Notes under the pieces: generated by a model | What the model was told of the DNA's origin: nothing | The model's database searches: none | The model's input: the letters and a program-made list of their open reading frames with translations, nothing else | Origin: an uncultured Gemmatimonadales bacterium | Lineage (GTDB): Bacteria > Gemmatimonadota > Gemmatimonadetes > Gemmatimonadales > GWC2-71-9 | DNA length: 64,000 nt | Direction: 5' to 3' | Assembly: GCA_963821525.1 (NCBI GenBank) | Contig: CAWGED010000005.1 | Span: forward strand, 196,675-260,674 | Program-made: the position numbers and the translations under genes | Shown here: in pieces, positions 1 through 8,679 of the stretch | How the letters are laid out: the number at the start of each line of letters is the position of its first letter | Position numbering within the stretch: the first letter of the stretch is position 1

Positions 1-1283
1 ACCAGCCCCTCAACCATTCGCGCGCAGCGCTCCGCCGCTCCGCGTCCCTGATCGACCACCGCCCGGGCGACCCGTCCCGCCGCGGCCCGGGCCGCTTCAT
101 CCGTGTGCCAGGCAGTCCACGCGCGGACGAGGTCCGCGGCTCCGGTCGCGCCTCGCCGGATGGAAAGCCCGCCTCCCTGAGCCAATAGCCGGCTCGCGTC
201 CAGGCTCTCGTGCCAGTGGGGGCCCACGGTCACCGGAATCGCCCAGGCCGAGGGCTCCAGTACCGAATGGAGGCCCGCGGTGCCAAACGCGCCGCCCACA
301 TGAGCAACTTTTCCTGCTCCGTACAACCTCGCGAGCCTTCCGGAGCGATCCTCGACCATGAGGGGTGCGGGTTTGACGGCGTCCGCCACAAGCACCGGGG
401 GAGGCAGCCCGAGTTGAGCCGCGGTGCGTTCGATCCGGTGGAGCTGACGGGATGATGGTTCGTGAGGCACCAGGATGAGCCGGGAGTCGGGGTGCTGCCG
501 TCGCAGTGTCCTGAAAGCGCTGAGCAGCACCTGATCGTCGGAGTGCCAGGTCGATCCCCCCACGATGGTCCATGCATCCGCACCCAGGGCTAGCAGGGGG
601 TCTTCCGGTGACACCTCGGCGACCTTGGCCGCGACGCTGTCGTAGCGCGGGTCGCCCAGCGTCTGGATTCGATCCGCTTCCACGCCAAGTTGGACGAGCC
701 GGTCGGCATCGTCTTCCGATGCCGTTCCGACGGCGTCCAGGACAGAGTACCCCGGATGGAGCAATGCGCGGATCGGCCACCGGAGCCTGCCGCTGTGCGG
801 CCGCACTGTCCCCGTGATCAATCCGAGCTTGATGCCACGCTGATGCGCCCTGGTGGCGAGCTCGGGCCAGATATCGACTTTGGTGAAGATCAGGACGGTG
901 GGGGAGAGGAGGTCGAGGAACTCGGTGACGTCGTGCACCCGGTCGTAGGGGAGGTATCCGGTAACGTCGGCGGGGAGCTTCGTCAGAAGCGGTTCAGCCG
1001 AGGGACTGAAACAGCTGAAACCGATCTGCCAATCGGGCTGCAGGCGGCGGAGCTCACGCATCACCGCCTCGGCCTGGCGTGCTTCTCCCACCGATGGCGC
1101 GTGAAACCAGACCAGCGGCTTTGCCAGGTCGCGGCTCGCAGCGGCCCATTGGCGGAATCCTTCGAGACTCGCTGCGCGCCCTTCATGCCCGAGCACGATC
1201 TTCCGGCTCCAGGCCCCCGCCACCGGTGCGAGTGCGGTGCCGAGCGTGATCGCGGCGCGATAGAACGGGTTGGTTTCGGTCAA
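1..1283 (-). CDS. waaA: Kdo transferase (3-deoxy-D-manno-octulosonic-acid transferase); C-terminal residues lie beyond the left window edge
   Basis: Own minus-strand translation. The frame is open to position 1, so it is missing from the ORF track. TTG start at 1283, then LTETNPFYRAAITLG..., KPLVWFHAPSVGEARQAEAV (WaaA SVGE motif), LILVPHEPS, GGAFGTAGLHSVLEP. Track ORFs 97..780, 230..583 and 690..1319 are other frames of this gene. Confidence 0.8.
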   Translation of the reverse strand, partial: MTETNPFYRAAITLGTALAPVAGAWSRKIVLGHEGRAASLEGFRQWAAASRDLAKPLVWFHAPSVGEARQAEAVMRELRRLQPDWQIGFSCFSPSAEPLLTKLPADVTGYLPYDRVHDVTEFLDLLSPTVLIFTKVDIWPELATRAHQRGIKLGLITGTVRPHSGRLRWPIRALLHPGYSVLDAVGTASEDDADRLVQLGVEADRIQTLGDPRYDSVAAKVAEVSPEDPLLALGADAWTIVGGSTWHSDDQVLLSAFRTLRRQHPDSRLILVPHEPSSRQLHRIERTAAQLGLPPPVLVADAVKPAPLMVEDRSGRLARLYGAGKVAHVGGAFGTAGLHSVLEPSAWAIPVTVGPHWHESLDASRLLAQGGGLSIRRGATGAADLVRAWTAWHTDEAARAAAGRVARAVVDQGRGAAERCARMVEGL

Positions 1284-1527
1284 GGAACGCCGGGCGGTAA
1301 GAGCGCCGCTTTGGAGTGAGCCATCCTGTCGACTTGCGAGAGCGCCCTGCCTACTGCTAAACTAAGTCCGTTCGCCCTATGTTCCACCCTGTGAGAGGAG
1401 GTGATCCATTGTCTAGTGAGAGTTGCATCCGTAGCTCGAGCAGGGCAAGCGATCGCCTGAGCGAGTAGCGGCGTCGAAGTGACGCCGGAGGCCCGAGGCC
1501 GATCGTCTCGAGCTCGATGACAACCGA

Positions 1528-1571
1528 CCGCGCCATTCCGTGAACTCACGGGGTGGCGCGGCCTGCTTTTC
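1528..1571 (+). terminator. GC-rich hairpin followed by a short T tract, upstream of the CPBP gene
   Basis: CCGCGCCA (1528-1535) pairs with TGGCGCGG (1554-1561). Inner CCGTG/CACGG has a 4-nt loop. Followed by CCTGCTTTTCC. Confidence 0.4.
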
Positions 1572-1605
1572 CCTCCTCAGTCCTCAGTCCTTTCCCTCAT
1601 TACTT
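1572..1605. repeat. heptamer array (CCTCAGT-type), half-element of the 7-nt periodic repeat family
   Basis: tcctcag tcctcag tcctttc cctcatt. 1576-1590 is the exact reverse complement of 45857-45871. Confidence 0.6.
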
Positions 1606-1612
1606 TCTTTCC

Positions 1613-2338
1613 ATGCCCTCCTACTGGTCCACCACCCGGGCCCCCCGCTACAGCCTCACCTTCGCCTTCCCATTGCTGATCCTCTACGAGTTCATGGCCC
1701 GCGGCCTGTCCGGGCCGGACGGCTCGGGGATCCGGAATGGGGCCGATGTTCTTCTCAAGAGCCTGTTCGTCCTGCTGGGCGGAGGACATGGCCTGACGAT
1801 CTTCGGGGTGCTTCTGCTGGGCACCGGCATAGTCCTGGTGTGGCGAGACCGGCGGAAGAACGGGCCCATCGAGGGCCGGTACTTCGTTGGGATGCTGGCG
1901 GAGTCCGTGGTCTACGCGGTGCTGTTCGGGGTGGTGACGAGCCTGCTCACGACGCTGGTGCTTCAGGGACCGAGACTCCTGGCGCTCGGTCCAATGGAGG
2001 GACAGGGCCTCGGCACCCAGATCATGGTTTCGCTGGGTGCCGGGATCTACGAGGAATTGCTGTTCCGGGTCCTGATTGTCGGGGCGCTGTCGCGGTTTGC
2101 GATCGGGGCCTTCCAGATGAAGCCCTTTCCGGCGGGAGTCTTCGCGACGCTTCTGGGAGCGGTCATCTTCGCGGCATTTCACTATGTCGGCCCGCTGGGC
2201 GACAGCTTCGAGCTGACCTCCTTTACCTTCCGCACCATTGCCGGCGTGTTGCTGAGCGCCCTGTATCTCGTCCGGGGCTTCGGCGTCACGGCCTGGACCC
2301 ACGCGTTGTACGATGTGTTGCTGACGGTGGCGCGGTAG
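1613..2338 (+). CDS. CPBP family intramembrane glutamic endopeptidase (CAAX protease/Abi family)
   Basis: Multi-pass membrane protein with GIYEELLFR (EExxxR), FAAFHY (FxxxH) and a C-terminal H..YD motif. ATG at 1613 preferred over the track start 1553, which overlaps the hairpin. Confidence 0.8.
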   Translation: MPSYWSTTRAPRYSLTFAFPLLILYEFMARGLSGPDGSGIRNGADVLLKSLFVLLGGGHGLTIFGVLLLGTGIVLVWRDRRKNGPIEGRYFVGMLAESVVYAVLFGVVTSLLTTLVLQGPRLLALGPMEGQGLGTQIMVSLGAGIYEELLFRVLIVGALSRFAIGAFQMKPFPAGVFATLLGAVIFAAFHYVGPLGDSFELTSFTFRTIAGVLLSALYLVRGFGVTAWTHALYDVLLTVAR

Positions 2339-2340
2339 CG

Positions 2341-2480
2341 GTCGAGGTCGATGGTCGATGGTCGATGGTCAATGGTCTAAGGTCGTGAGTCTAGGGTCTT
2401 GAGTCTTGTGACCATGACTCATGACCCAAGACCTATGACCAACGACCTATCGACTATCGACTATCGACTATTGACTATCA
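2341..2480. repeat. 7-nt periodic inverted-repeat element A: (GTCNNNN)n facing (NNNNGAC)n
   Basis: gtcgatg x3, gtcaatg, gtctaag, gtcgtga, gtctagg, gtcttga, gtcttgt, then gaccatg actcatg acccaag acctatg accaacg acctatc, gactatc x2, gactatt, gactatc. Centre is gagtc...gactc. Lies between convergent gene ends. Confidence 0.9.
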
Positions 2481-3102
2481 CCCTTCACCCCCGTCCTCAC
2501 CTTCCACAACGAATCCAGAATGTGCCGGTAGGTTTCGAGGGGTGCGGCTCCCTTGAGTAGTCCGGCTCCCTCGATGTAGACCGTCGGCGTGCTGGAGACG
2601 CCGGAGCGGGCGGCCGAATTGGCTTCGCTCTGGATGAGGCCCGGGTTTCCTGCTTCTGGAGACAGGAAACAATCGAGTCTCGCGGCACGCCGGCCGAGTC
2701 GGCGAGCGTGAGGAGAAACGGCGCCGGATCCTTGAGCGGGGCCCACTTGGACTGGTACTGGAAGAGCAGGTCGTGGATCGGCCAGAAATGATCGGCCTTG
2801 GCGGCGCACATCGCGAACTCGGCGGCCGCCCCCGCGTTGGGATGGAGATCGGTGATCGGGAAGTTCACGAAGATCCAGCGCACTTTTCCGGTCGAGATGA
2901 ATTCCTGTTCCAACTGCGGCAGCACTTCCATGGCCTGCTTCCGGCACCAGGGACACTGGAAGTCTGACATTTCGTAGACCGTGACCGGCGCCGTCGGCGA
3001 ACCCTTGGTTCGTGCGGCAACCAGGCCCGGATCCTTGAGCTGCGCCGCGGCGCTCGTGAAGCCGCCGATCGTCAGCAAGAGCGCCAGCATCGGAATTCGC
3101 AT
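2468..3102 (-). CDS. DsbA-family thiol:disulfide oxidoreductase, secreted; frame broken near 2645-2665
   Basis: Signal peptide MRIPMLALLLTIGGFTSAAAQ and the CPWC active site. The C-terminal part (LIQSEANSAARSGVSSTPTVYIEG...) continues in the frame of ORF 2468..2956. Confidence 0.8.
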
Positions 3103-3103
3103 G

Positions 3104-3850
3104 TTAGTACCTCGACTGCCGCTTTCCCGTCGTGCGATCGAGCACGATCTTGCCACTGCGGATCGGGACATTCCAGTACCATTCTGCGTTGGGATCGTCG
3201 GCCACCCACGAACGAGCGTACACCCACCAGTCGCCATTCGGCAACCGGATCGTCACCGAACCATCGGCGCCCGTCGTGTCTGGAATCGGCTGGCGTCCAA
3301 CTACATTGTTGAGCCGGTCGACGATACTGTCGTAGCCCTTATAGGTGCTATCTTGCCAACGGCTCATCAGTTCGCGGAGGCTGTCGATCGGCGCGGCCAG
3401 CGTGTCGCGAGCCTTCTTGAGCTGGAGTTGTGCCGCGTCGCGCCGCTTGGCGAAGTCGGCGAGCGAGTCGGAGAGGGTGTTGAAGTGCCGGTAAAGGAAC
3501 GCGTAGTCCGGTGCCGACCGCGGCATTGAATCGAGCCGGACCTTGAGGCGTGCGAGGGAATCCTGGGTGCGGGTCACGGCCAGCGACGCAGTGACGTAGG
3601 CGTGGAACGGCTTCTGGAAGGCATGGAACAGCGTATCCAGTCGCTGCTTGATCCGTGTCGGCGGGGTGGCCTTGGCCTCGAGCAGGGCGATGATGCTGTC
3701 CCGGTCGTAGGAGAGTACGATCAGTGGTAGGTTCGCCACCGGCGCGTCAACAGAATCGGGGCCGGGAATGGCGACGTCTACACGGACTTCCCGGCCGCCG
3801 CAGGCGGCCAGAACCAGAGCGAGCGTGATCAAACAGCGGGGCACAGGCAA
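3104..3850 (-). CDS. lipoprotein of unknown function
   Basis: Lipobox LVLAAC|GG. 248-aa ORF with protein-like composition. Stop abuts the DsbA start. Confidence 0.6.
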   Translation of the reverse strand: MPVPRCLITLALVLAACGGREVRVDVAIPGPDSVDAPVANLPLIVLSYDRDSIIALLEAKATPPTRIKQRLDTLFHAFQKPFHAYVTASLAVTRTQDSLARLKVRLDSMPRSAPDYAFLYRHFNTLSDSLADFAKRRDAAQLQLKKARDTLAAPIDSLRELMSRWQDSTYKGYDSIVDRLNNVVGRQPIPDTTGADGSVTIRLPNGDWWVYARSWVADDPNAEWYWNVPIRSGKIVLDRTTGKRQSRY

Positions 3851-3854
3851 CCGG

Positions 3855-4728
3855 GTGAGGGGGACCGAAGGGGTATTCGGGCCGGGGAAAGCTAGGCGAG
3901 TCCTGGGGTTGCTTCAACTCATCCCGGCGCTGCTCGTGGCACAGCAGAGCGGCGGAATCGACTCGCTCTTTCCCGCGCGCCCCACCGGGTACCTCACCGA
4001 CGTTGCTGGCGTCGTGGATCAACCGTCGGCCTCCCGGATCGAAGACCTTGCCGCCCGCCTCCGGACCGCCACGGGCGCTGAGCTCGCCGTGGTTACCCTC
4101 CCCACTCAAGGACGCTACGAAACCTCCGAGCTTGCCCTGGCCATCGGTCGGGCTTGGGGCGTGGGGGCCAAGGCCGAGATCGGCGACCAGCGCCGCAACG
4201 CGGGCCTGGTACTCCTCGTCGTGCCGAAACGCGAAGGACAAAAGGGCGGGCTCTACCTCGCCACCGGGCGCGGAGTCGAGGGCATCGTCACCGATGCCAC
4301 CGCCGGCCGGATTCTGGATCTCATGATCCCGCAGCTCCGACAGGGTGAATACGGGCCCGGCGCTCGTCACCGGCACCGAGGCGATCGCAAGCACCGTCGC
4401 CAAGGGCTTCGGTGTCACCGACTCCGCCCTCACCGCGGCCGATCCCTTCAAGAGCTCCGGGGGCGGTGAGGGCGGCATTCCGGGCTGGGTGATTCCGGTT
4501 CTGTTCATCCTCGTGTTCTTTGTTCTGCCCATGTTGGCGCGCGCCGGTCGCGGCCGCGGTGGTCGAGGGGGTAGAGGCGGCCCCCCGATTTACTGGGGAC
4601 CGGGCTGGGGTGGCGGTGGCTGGGGCGGTGGCTTTGGCGGTGGAGGTTTTGGTGGTGGTGGGGGAGGATTCGGCGGCTTTGGTGGTGGCGGCGGGTTCAG
4701 TGGTGGCGGTGCGGGAAGGAGCTTCTGA
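3855..4728 (+). CDS. TPM-domain protein (YgcG-like) with TM helix and Gly-rich tail; frame broken near 4352-4361
   Basis: GYLTDVAGVV...AELAVVTLPT...AIGRAWGVG...NAGLVLLV...GRGVEGIVTD is typical TPM. The sequence continues in ORF 4345..4728 (PALVTGTEAIA..., TM helix, GGGFGGGG tail). GTG at 3855 proposed as start. Confidence 0.75.
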
Positions 4729-5450
4729 TGAGCAACGACGTCGAGCAACTGCTCCAGTCATTTCTCACTCGGGCCGATCAGGCAGGGTTGGGCAACTACG
4801 TTGCCGTACTCTACGGTTCCCATGCCCGGGGGCATGCGCTGCCCCGCCGGTCGGACGTGAACCTGCTCCTGATTCTGGACCAGGTAGACGCTGCGAGGCT
4901 GCGAGCATTGGGCCCCGCGTTCAGCGAATGGGAGGCGGCCGGGCAACCGCCACCAATAATTCTATCGAAGGTGGACTGGGAGCGGTCGGCCGACGCGTTC
5001 CCGCTCGAGATCTCCGACATGGCGTTGGCATACCGGGTCCTCAGGGGAGACAATCCGCTCGCGAGCATCGCCGTGGATCGCGCCGACCTCCGACGCGCGC
5101 TGGAGCGGGAGCTGCGCGGCAAGATGCTCCGGCTGAGACAAGCCTACGCCACGTTCACCGGCAAAGGGGACCGCCTGGCGGAGCTGGCGCAGGGTAGCGC
5201 GGGAGTCATCCAGTTTCTCTTCCGGATGCTGGTCAGTGTCGCCGGGGAAGCTCCCCCGGGAGACGCCCAGCAGGCGGCGGCCGCGGCGGGCCGGCTTGCC
5301 GGCTTCGATCCCGCCGCCACCCAGACAGTCTTCGCCCATCGGGGCGACCCCAATTGGCGCTGTAGCGACGAGGATTTCGTAGGGTATCTTCACGCGGTGG
5401 AAGCGGCCGCGCGCTTTGTGGACCAACTTCAGACTGGAGAGCGGAGATGA
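4728..5450 (+). CDS. nucleotidyltransferase-domain protein
   Basis: VAVLYGSHARGHALPRRSDVNLLLIL (GS...D.D pol-beta NTase signature) plus a helical C-terminal half. Overlaps the TPM stop by 1 nt and the lemA start by 4 nt. Confidence 0.7.
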   Translation: MSNDVEQLLQSFLTRADQAGLGNYVAVLYGSHARGHALPRRSDVNLLLILDQVDAARLRALGPAFSEWEAAGQPPPIILSKVDWERSADAFPLEISDMALAYRVLRGDNPLASIAVDRADLRRALERELRGKMLRLRQAYATFTGKGDRLAELAQGSAGVIQFLFRMLVSVAGEAPPGDAQQAAAAAGRLAGFDPAATQTVFAHRGDPNWRCSDEDFVGYLHAVEAAARFVDQLQTGERR

Positions 5451-6010
5451 TGCGGTACCTTCGGCTGTCTCTGTTGCTGCTCGCGGTGACGGCCACTGGC
5501 TGCGGCTATAACAGGATCCAGGCAATGGACGAGCAGGTCAATTCCGCCAAGGGACAGATTGCGGCCCAGCTGCAGCGGCGGGCCGACCTGATCCCGAACC
5601 TGGTGGAAACGGTGAAGGGCTACGCCAAGCACGAAGAGACGATCTTCACCGAAGTCGCCAACGCGCGGGCCAAGCTCGCGGGCAGCGTGCAGTCGGGGAA
5701 TGTCGAGGAGATGGCGCAGGCCAACCAGGCCATGAACGGCTCGCTGGGACGCCTCCTCGCGATCGCCGAGAACTATCCGCAGCTCAAGGCTGATCAGAAC
5801 TTCCGCCAGTTTGCCGACGAGCTGGCCGGCACCGAGAACCGGATCTCCGTGGCTCGGCAGGACTACAATACCGCGGCGCAGCAGTACAACACCTTCATCC
5901 GCACCTTCCCCTACAACCTCACGGCGAAGGTCTTCGGCGCCGGGGGACCCAAGCCCTACTTTGAGGCGAAGGAGGGGGCGGAGGAGGCGCCGTCTGTGAA
6001 GTTCAATTAG
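5447..6010 (+). CDS. lemA: LemA family protein
   Basis: N-terminal lipoprotein-like anchor, then NRIQAMDEQVNSAKGQIAAQLQRRADLIPNLVETVKGYAKHEETIFTEV...ENYPQLKA. Confidence 0.9.
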   Translation: MMRYLRLSLLLLAVTATGCGYNRIQAMDEQVNSAKGQIAAQLQRRADLIPNLVETVKGYAKHEETIFTEVANARAKLAGSVQSGNVEEMAQANQAMNGSLGRLLAIAENYPQLKADQNFRQFADELAGTENRISVARQDYNTAAQQYNTFIRTFPYNLTAKVFGAGGPKPYFEAKEGAEEAPSVKFN

Positions 6011-6012
6011 TC

Positions 6013-6127
6013 GGGAGCTGTTAGCTGTTAGCTATTGGCGGTCAGAAACTAAGAACCCTCCGGGGACACACCGGAGGGTTCGCTTTTCTGGGAGCTGCTA
6101 ACAGCTAATCGCTAACAGCTAGCCGCT
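6013..6127. repeat. 7-nt periodic inverted-repeat element B: (TAGCNNN)n / (GCTANNN)n enclosing a terminator hairpin
   Basis: agctgtt agctgtt agctatt on the left; gcta aca gcta atc gcta aca gcta gcc gcta on the right. Between convergent lemA and M23 peptidase ends. Confidence 0.85.
6054..6089 (+). terminator. rho-independent terminator after lemA
   Basis: AACCCTCCGG (6054-6063) / CCGGAGGGTT (6071-6080), 7-nt loop, then CGCTTTTCT. Confidence 0.75.
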
Positions 6128-7046
6128 AGTCCACCACAACCTGCGGCAGCACGTACCGCAGCGGATCGACCGGCTGGCCACGCACGTGGACCTCGTAGTG
6201 GAGGTGCGGGCCGGTGGCGAGGCCGGTATTCCCCACCTGGGCGATCAGGTCGCCCCGCTTCACCCGCTGGCCCTGGTGCACCAGAATCTTCGAGCAGTGG
6301 GCGAACTTGGTGGTAATCCCATAGCCGTGATCGATCTCGACCGTGTTCCCATAGCCGGTTTCCCAGCCGGTGGAAATCACTACGCCCGCGCCGGGGGACT
6401 GGATGGGGGCGCCGAGGGGGGCCTGCACATCGATGCCCTCGTGCGGCCGCGCGTAGTGCAGGATGGGATGCTCCCGCATCGAGGCAAATGCACTCGTGAG
6501 CCAGCCCGTGGTGGGCATGATGGACGGCATCGCCACCAGCCGATCGCGGTGGGCGGAGATGCTGTCCGTGGCTTCTTTGAACGAGAAGGCCAGCAGGTTG
6601 GCCCGACGGATCAGGCCGGCCAGATCCACCCGGACCTCCTCGGCCCGGCGGGCGAGCACGTTGATCGGCCGCGCGATCGCACCCTCGGGGGCCGGGCCAC
6701 CGATACCGGCCTGCTGCACCTGGGGATCGTTGGGCTCCAGGTTCGCCATCAGGCGAATCTTGGCGTCTCGCTGGGCGATGAGGCGCAGGGTATCCGACAG
6801 GACGTCGACCTTGCCGTTGAGCTGGCCGATCTGCTCGGCCAAGTCGGCGTTTTCACGCTGGAGGGCGGAACTCCGCTGGAGACTGACGCTTCGTGAAACG
6901 GTGGCGTAGCCGAGAAGGAGGGCGGAAAGGACGAGGACCACACCGAAGCCGGCTGCGATCTTCAGCAGCGCCTGAGATACCTCGACTGCTTTCGAGGCAC
7001 CTGAGCCAGGTGGCACGATGACAAGAGTCCACTTCCGTTCGCCCAT
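6126..7046 (-). CDS. M23 family metallopeptidase with N-terminal membrane anchor and coiled coil
   Basis: HEGIDVQAPLGAPI...GYGNTVEIDHG...GNTGLATGPHLHYEV. Confidence 0.9.
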   Translation of the reverse strand: MGERKWTLVIVPPGSGASKAVEVSQALLKIAAGFGVVLVLSALLLGYATVSRSVSLQRSSALQRENADLAEQIGQLNGKVDVLSDTLRLIAQRDAKIRLMANLEPNDPQVQQAGIGGPAPEGAIARPINVLARRAEEVRVDLAGLIRRANLLAFSFKEATDSISAHRDRLVAMPSIMPTTGWLTSAFASMREHPILHYARPHEGIDVQAPLGAPIQSPGAGVVISTGWETGYGNTVEIDHGYGITTKFAHCSKILVHQGQRVKRGDLIAQVGNTGLATGPHLHYEVHVRGQPVDPLRYVLPQVVVD

Positions 7047-7155
7047 TCGCCTGCCTTAGCTAAGCTGTTGGAGTTGTGTGAATAAGCTGGCGTTATAATG
7101 CTCCTCGGTCCCAGGCATGTCAAGGTACAAGACGACACGTTCAAGTGTTTGACTG

Positions 7156-8679
7156 TCAAGTTTTTACTATGGCTAACTTGGGGAAAAGTCCGGCGGGTTT
7201 TCTGACCTGCAGGCCGGCCACTTTGGGGCGCTCCAGCCCCTGAATCCGGCTCTTTTCGGCCCGGCCCTCCAAGCCCAGGTGGGTCCAAAGCTCCTCGGCC
7301 TTCCCGGGAAGGAACGGGGAGGTGAGGACCGCGAGCCGGAAGAGACAGCGGGCCAGCGCGGCAAGGGTGGCATCGAGTTCCGTCTCCTTGCCCTCCTTGG
7401 CCAAGGTCCAGGGGGCGCGCTGGACGATGAACTGGTTCGCCTCCCCTACCAGGGTCCAGGCAGCCTCGGCGCCACCCTTGAGGTCGGTGGCATCCATGGC
7501 CTTCCGGTAGGCGGCCAGCGCCGCCGCTCCAGCTGCATCCAAGGGCGTATCCGCTCCTTCGGGCACCACTCCGGCCCGGTACTTCTCGATCATGGCGAGA
7601 GAGCGTGAGGCGAGATTCCCAAGTCCGTCGGCCAGGTCGCTGTTGTAGCGCGCGTCGAATCGCTCCCAGCTGAATTCTCCGTCTCCGGAGAACCCGACCT
7701 CACGTAAAAGGAAGTAGCGCAGCGCATCCGGTCCGTGGTGGGCGATTGCCTCCGACAACTCGAGCCGCACCCCGGCGCTCTTGGAGAAGCGGTCGCCACC
7801 GAGATAAATGAAGCCATGGGCCCAGACCTGTTCCGGCAATGCTTCACCGGCAGCCTCGAGCATCGCGGGCCAGATCACCGTGTGGAACCGGGTGATGTCC
7901 TTGCCGACCACGTGAATCTGGGCGGGCCAGCTGGCGCGGGAATTGGGGAATCGCTGCGCGGTCCAGTAGTTCGGCAGGGCGTCGAACCAGACGTAGGTGG
8001 TTTGGGTCTCGCCGTCGCTGGTCGGACGGGGGAAGGGTACACCCCAGCTGAAGCGGCTGCGGCTCGCCGAGACGTCCTCCAGCCCTTCTCTCAGGAGTCC
8101 GAGAATTTCGTTGCGGCGGATCTCCGGCTGGACGAACTCCGGTTTCCTGGCGAGCAGATCCTCGAGGAACTTCTGGTAGCGGGAGAGCCGGAAGAACCAG
8201 TTCCGCTCCTCGACCAGCTCGAGGGTCCGGGTGGGATGCAGCGCGCAGTGCCCGTCCACGATGTCCGCTTCGGTCTTGAACGACTCACATCCGACGCAAT
8301 AAAGCCCGGAGTACGACTTCTCGTAAAAGTCATCCGGGTTCCGCGCGAAGATCTTCTCGATCAGCTCACGCACCCCCGCCTTGTGCTCGGGGGCGGTGGT
8401 GCGAATGAACTGGTCGTAGCTGATGTTGAGCTCCGCCCAGGTGCGCTGGAAGGACGTTGCCACCTGATCCACCAGGGCCTGAGGAGTGATGCCCTGGTCG
8501 GCCGCGGTCTGGGCCACCTTCTGGCCGTGCTCGTCCATGCCGATGAGGAACCAGACGTCGTCCCCCTTCAGCCGGTGATATCGCGCGATGCAGTCGGCGC
8601 CGACCTTTTCGAAGGCGTGACCCATGTGAGGGTCGCCATTCGCATAGTCGATCGCAGTCGTAATGAAGAAGTGACCCAC
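7156..8679 (-). CDS. metG: methionine--tRNA ligase
   Basis: FFITTAIDYANGDPHMGHAFEKVGADCIARY...GMDEHGQKV, KFSKS-like DRFSKSAG. GTG start. Confidence 0.95.
   Translation of the reverse strand: MGHFFITTAIDYANGDPHMGHAFEKVGADCIARYHRLKGDDVWFLIGMDEHGQKVAQTAADQGITPQALVDQVATSFQRTWAELNISYDQFIRTTAPEHKAGVRELIEKIFARNPDDFYEKSYSGLYCVGCESFKTEADIVDGHCALHPTRTLELVEERNWFFRLSRYQKFLEDLLARKPEFVQPEIRRNEILGLLREGLEDVSASRSRFSWGVPFPRPTSDGETQTTYVWFDALPNYWTAQRFPNSRASWPAQIHVVGKDITRFHTVIWPAMLEAAGEALPEQVWAHGFIYLGGDRFSKSAGVRLELSEAIAHHGPDALRYFLLREVGFSGDGEFSWERFDARYNSDLADGLGNLASRSLAMIEKYRAGVVPEGADTPLDAAGAAALAAYRKAMDATDLKGGAEAAWTLVGEANQFIVQRAPWTLAKEGKETELDATLAALARCLFRLAVLTSPFLPGKAEELWTHLGLEGRAEKSRIQGLERPKVAGLQVRKPAGLFPKLAIVKT

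Noticed and set aside
1280-1549. 89-aa minus-strand ORF upstream of waaA
   Set aside because: Poor composition. It spans the structured spacer and terminates exactly where waaA's TTG start lies. More likely non-coding.
4560-4728. Gly-rich low-complexity stretch (GGGFGGGG...) as a separate feature
   Set aside because: It is the usual C-terminal tail of TPM/YgcG-type proteins, contiguous with the TM helix of the same gene.
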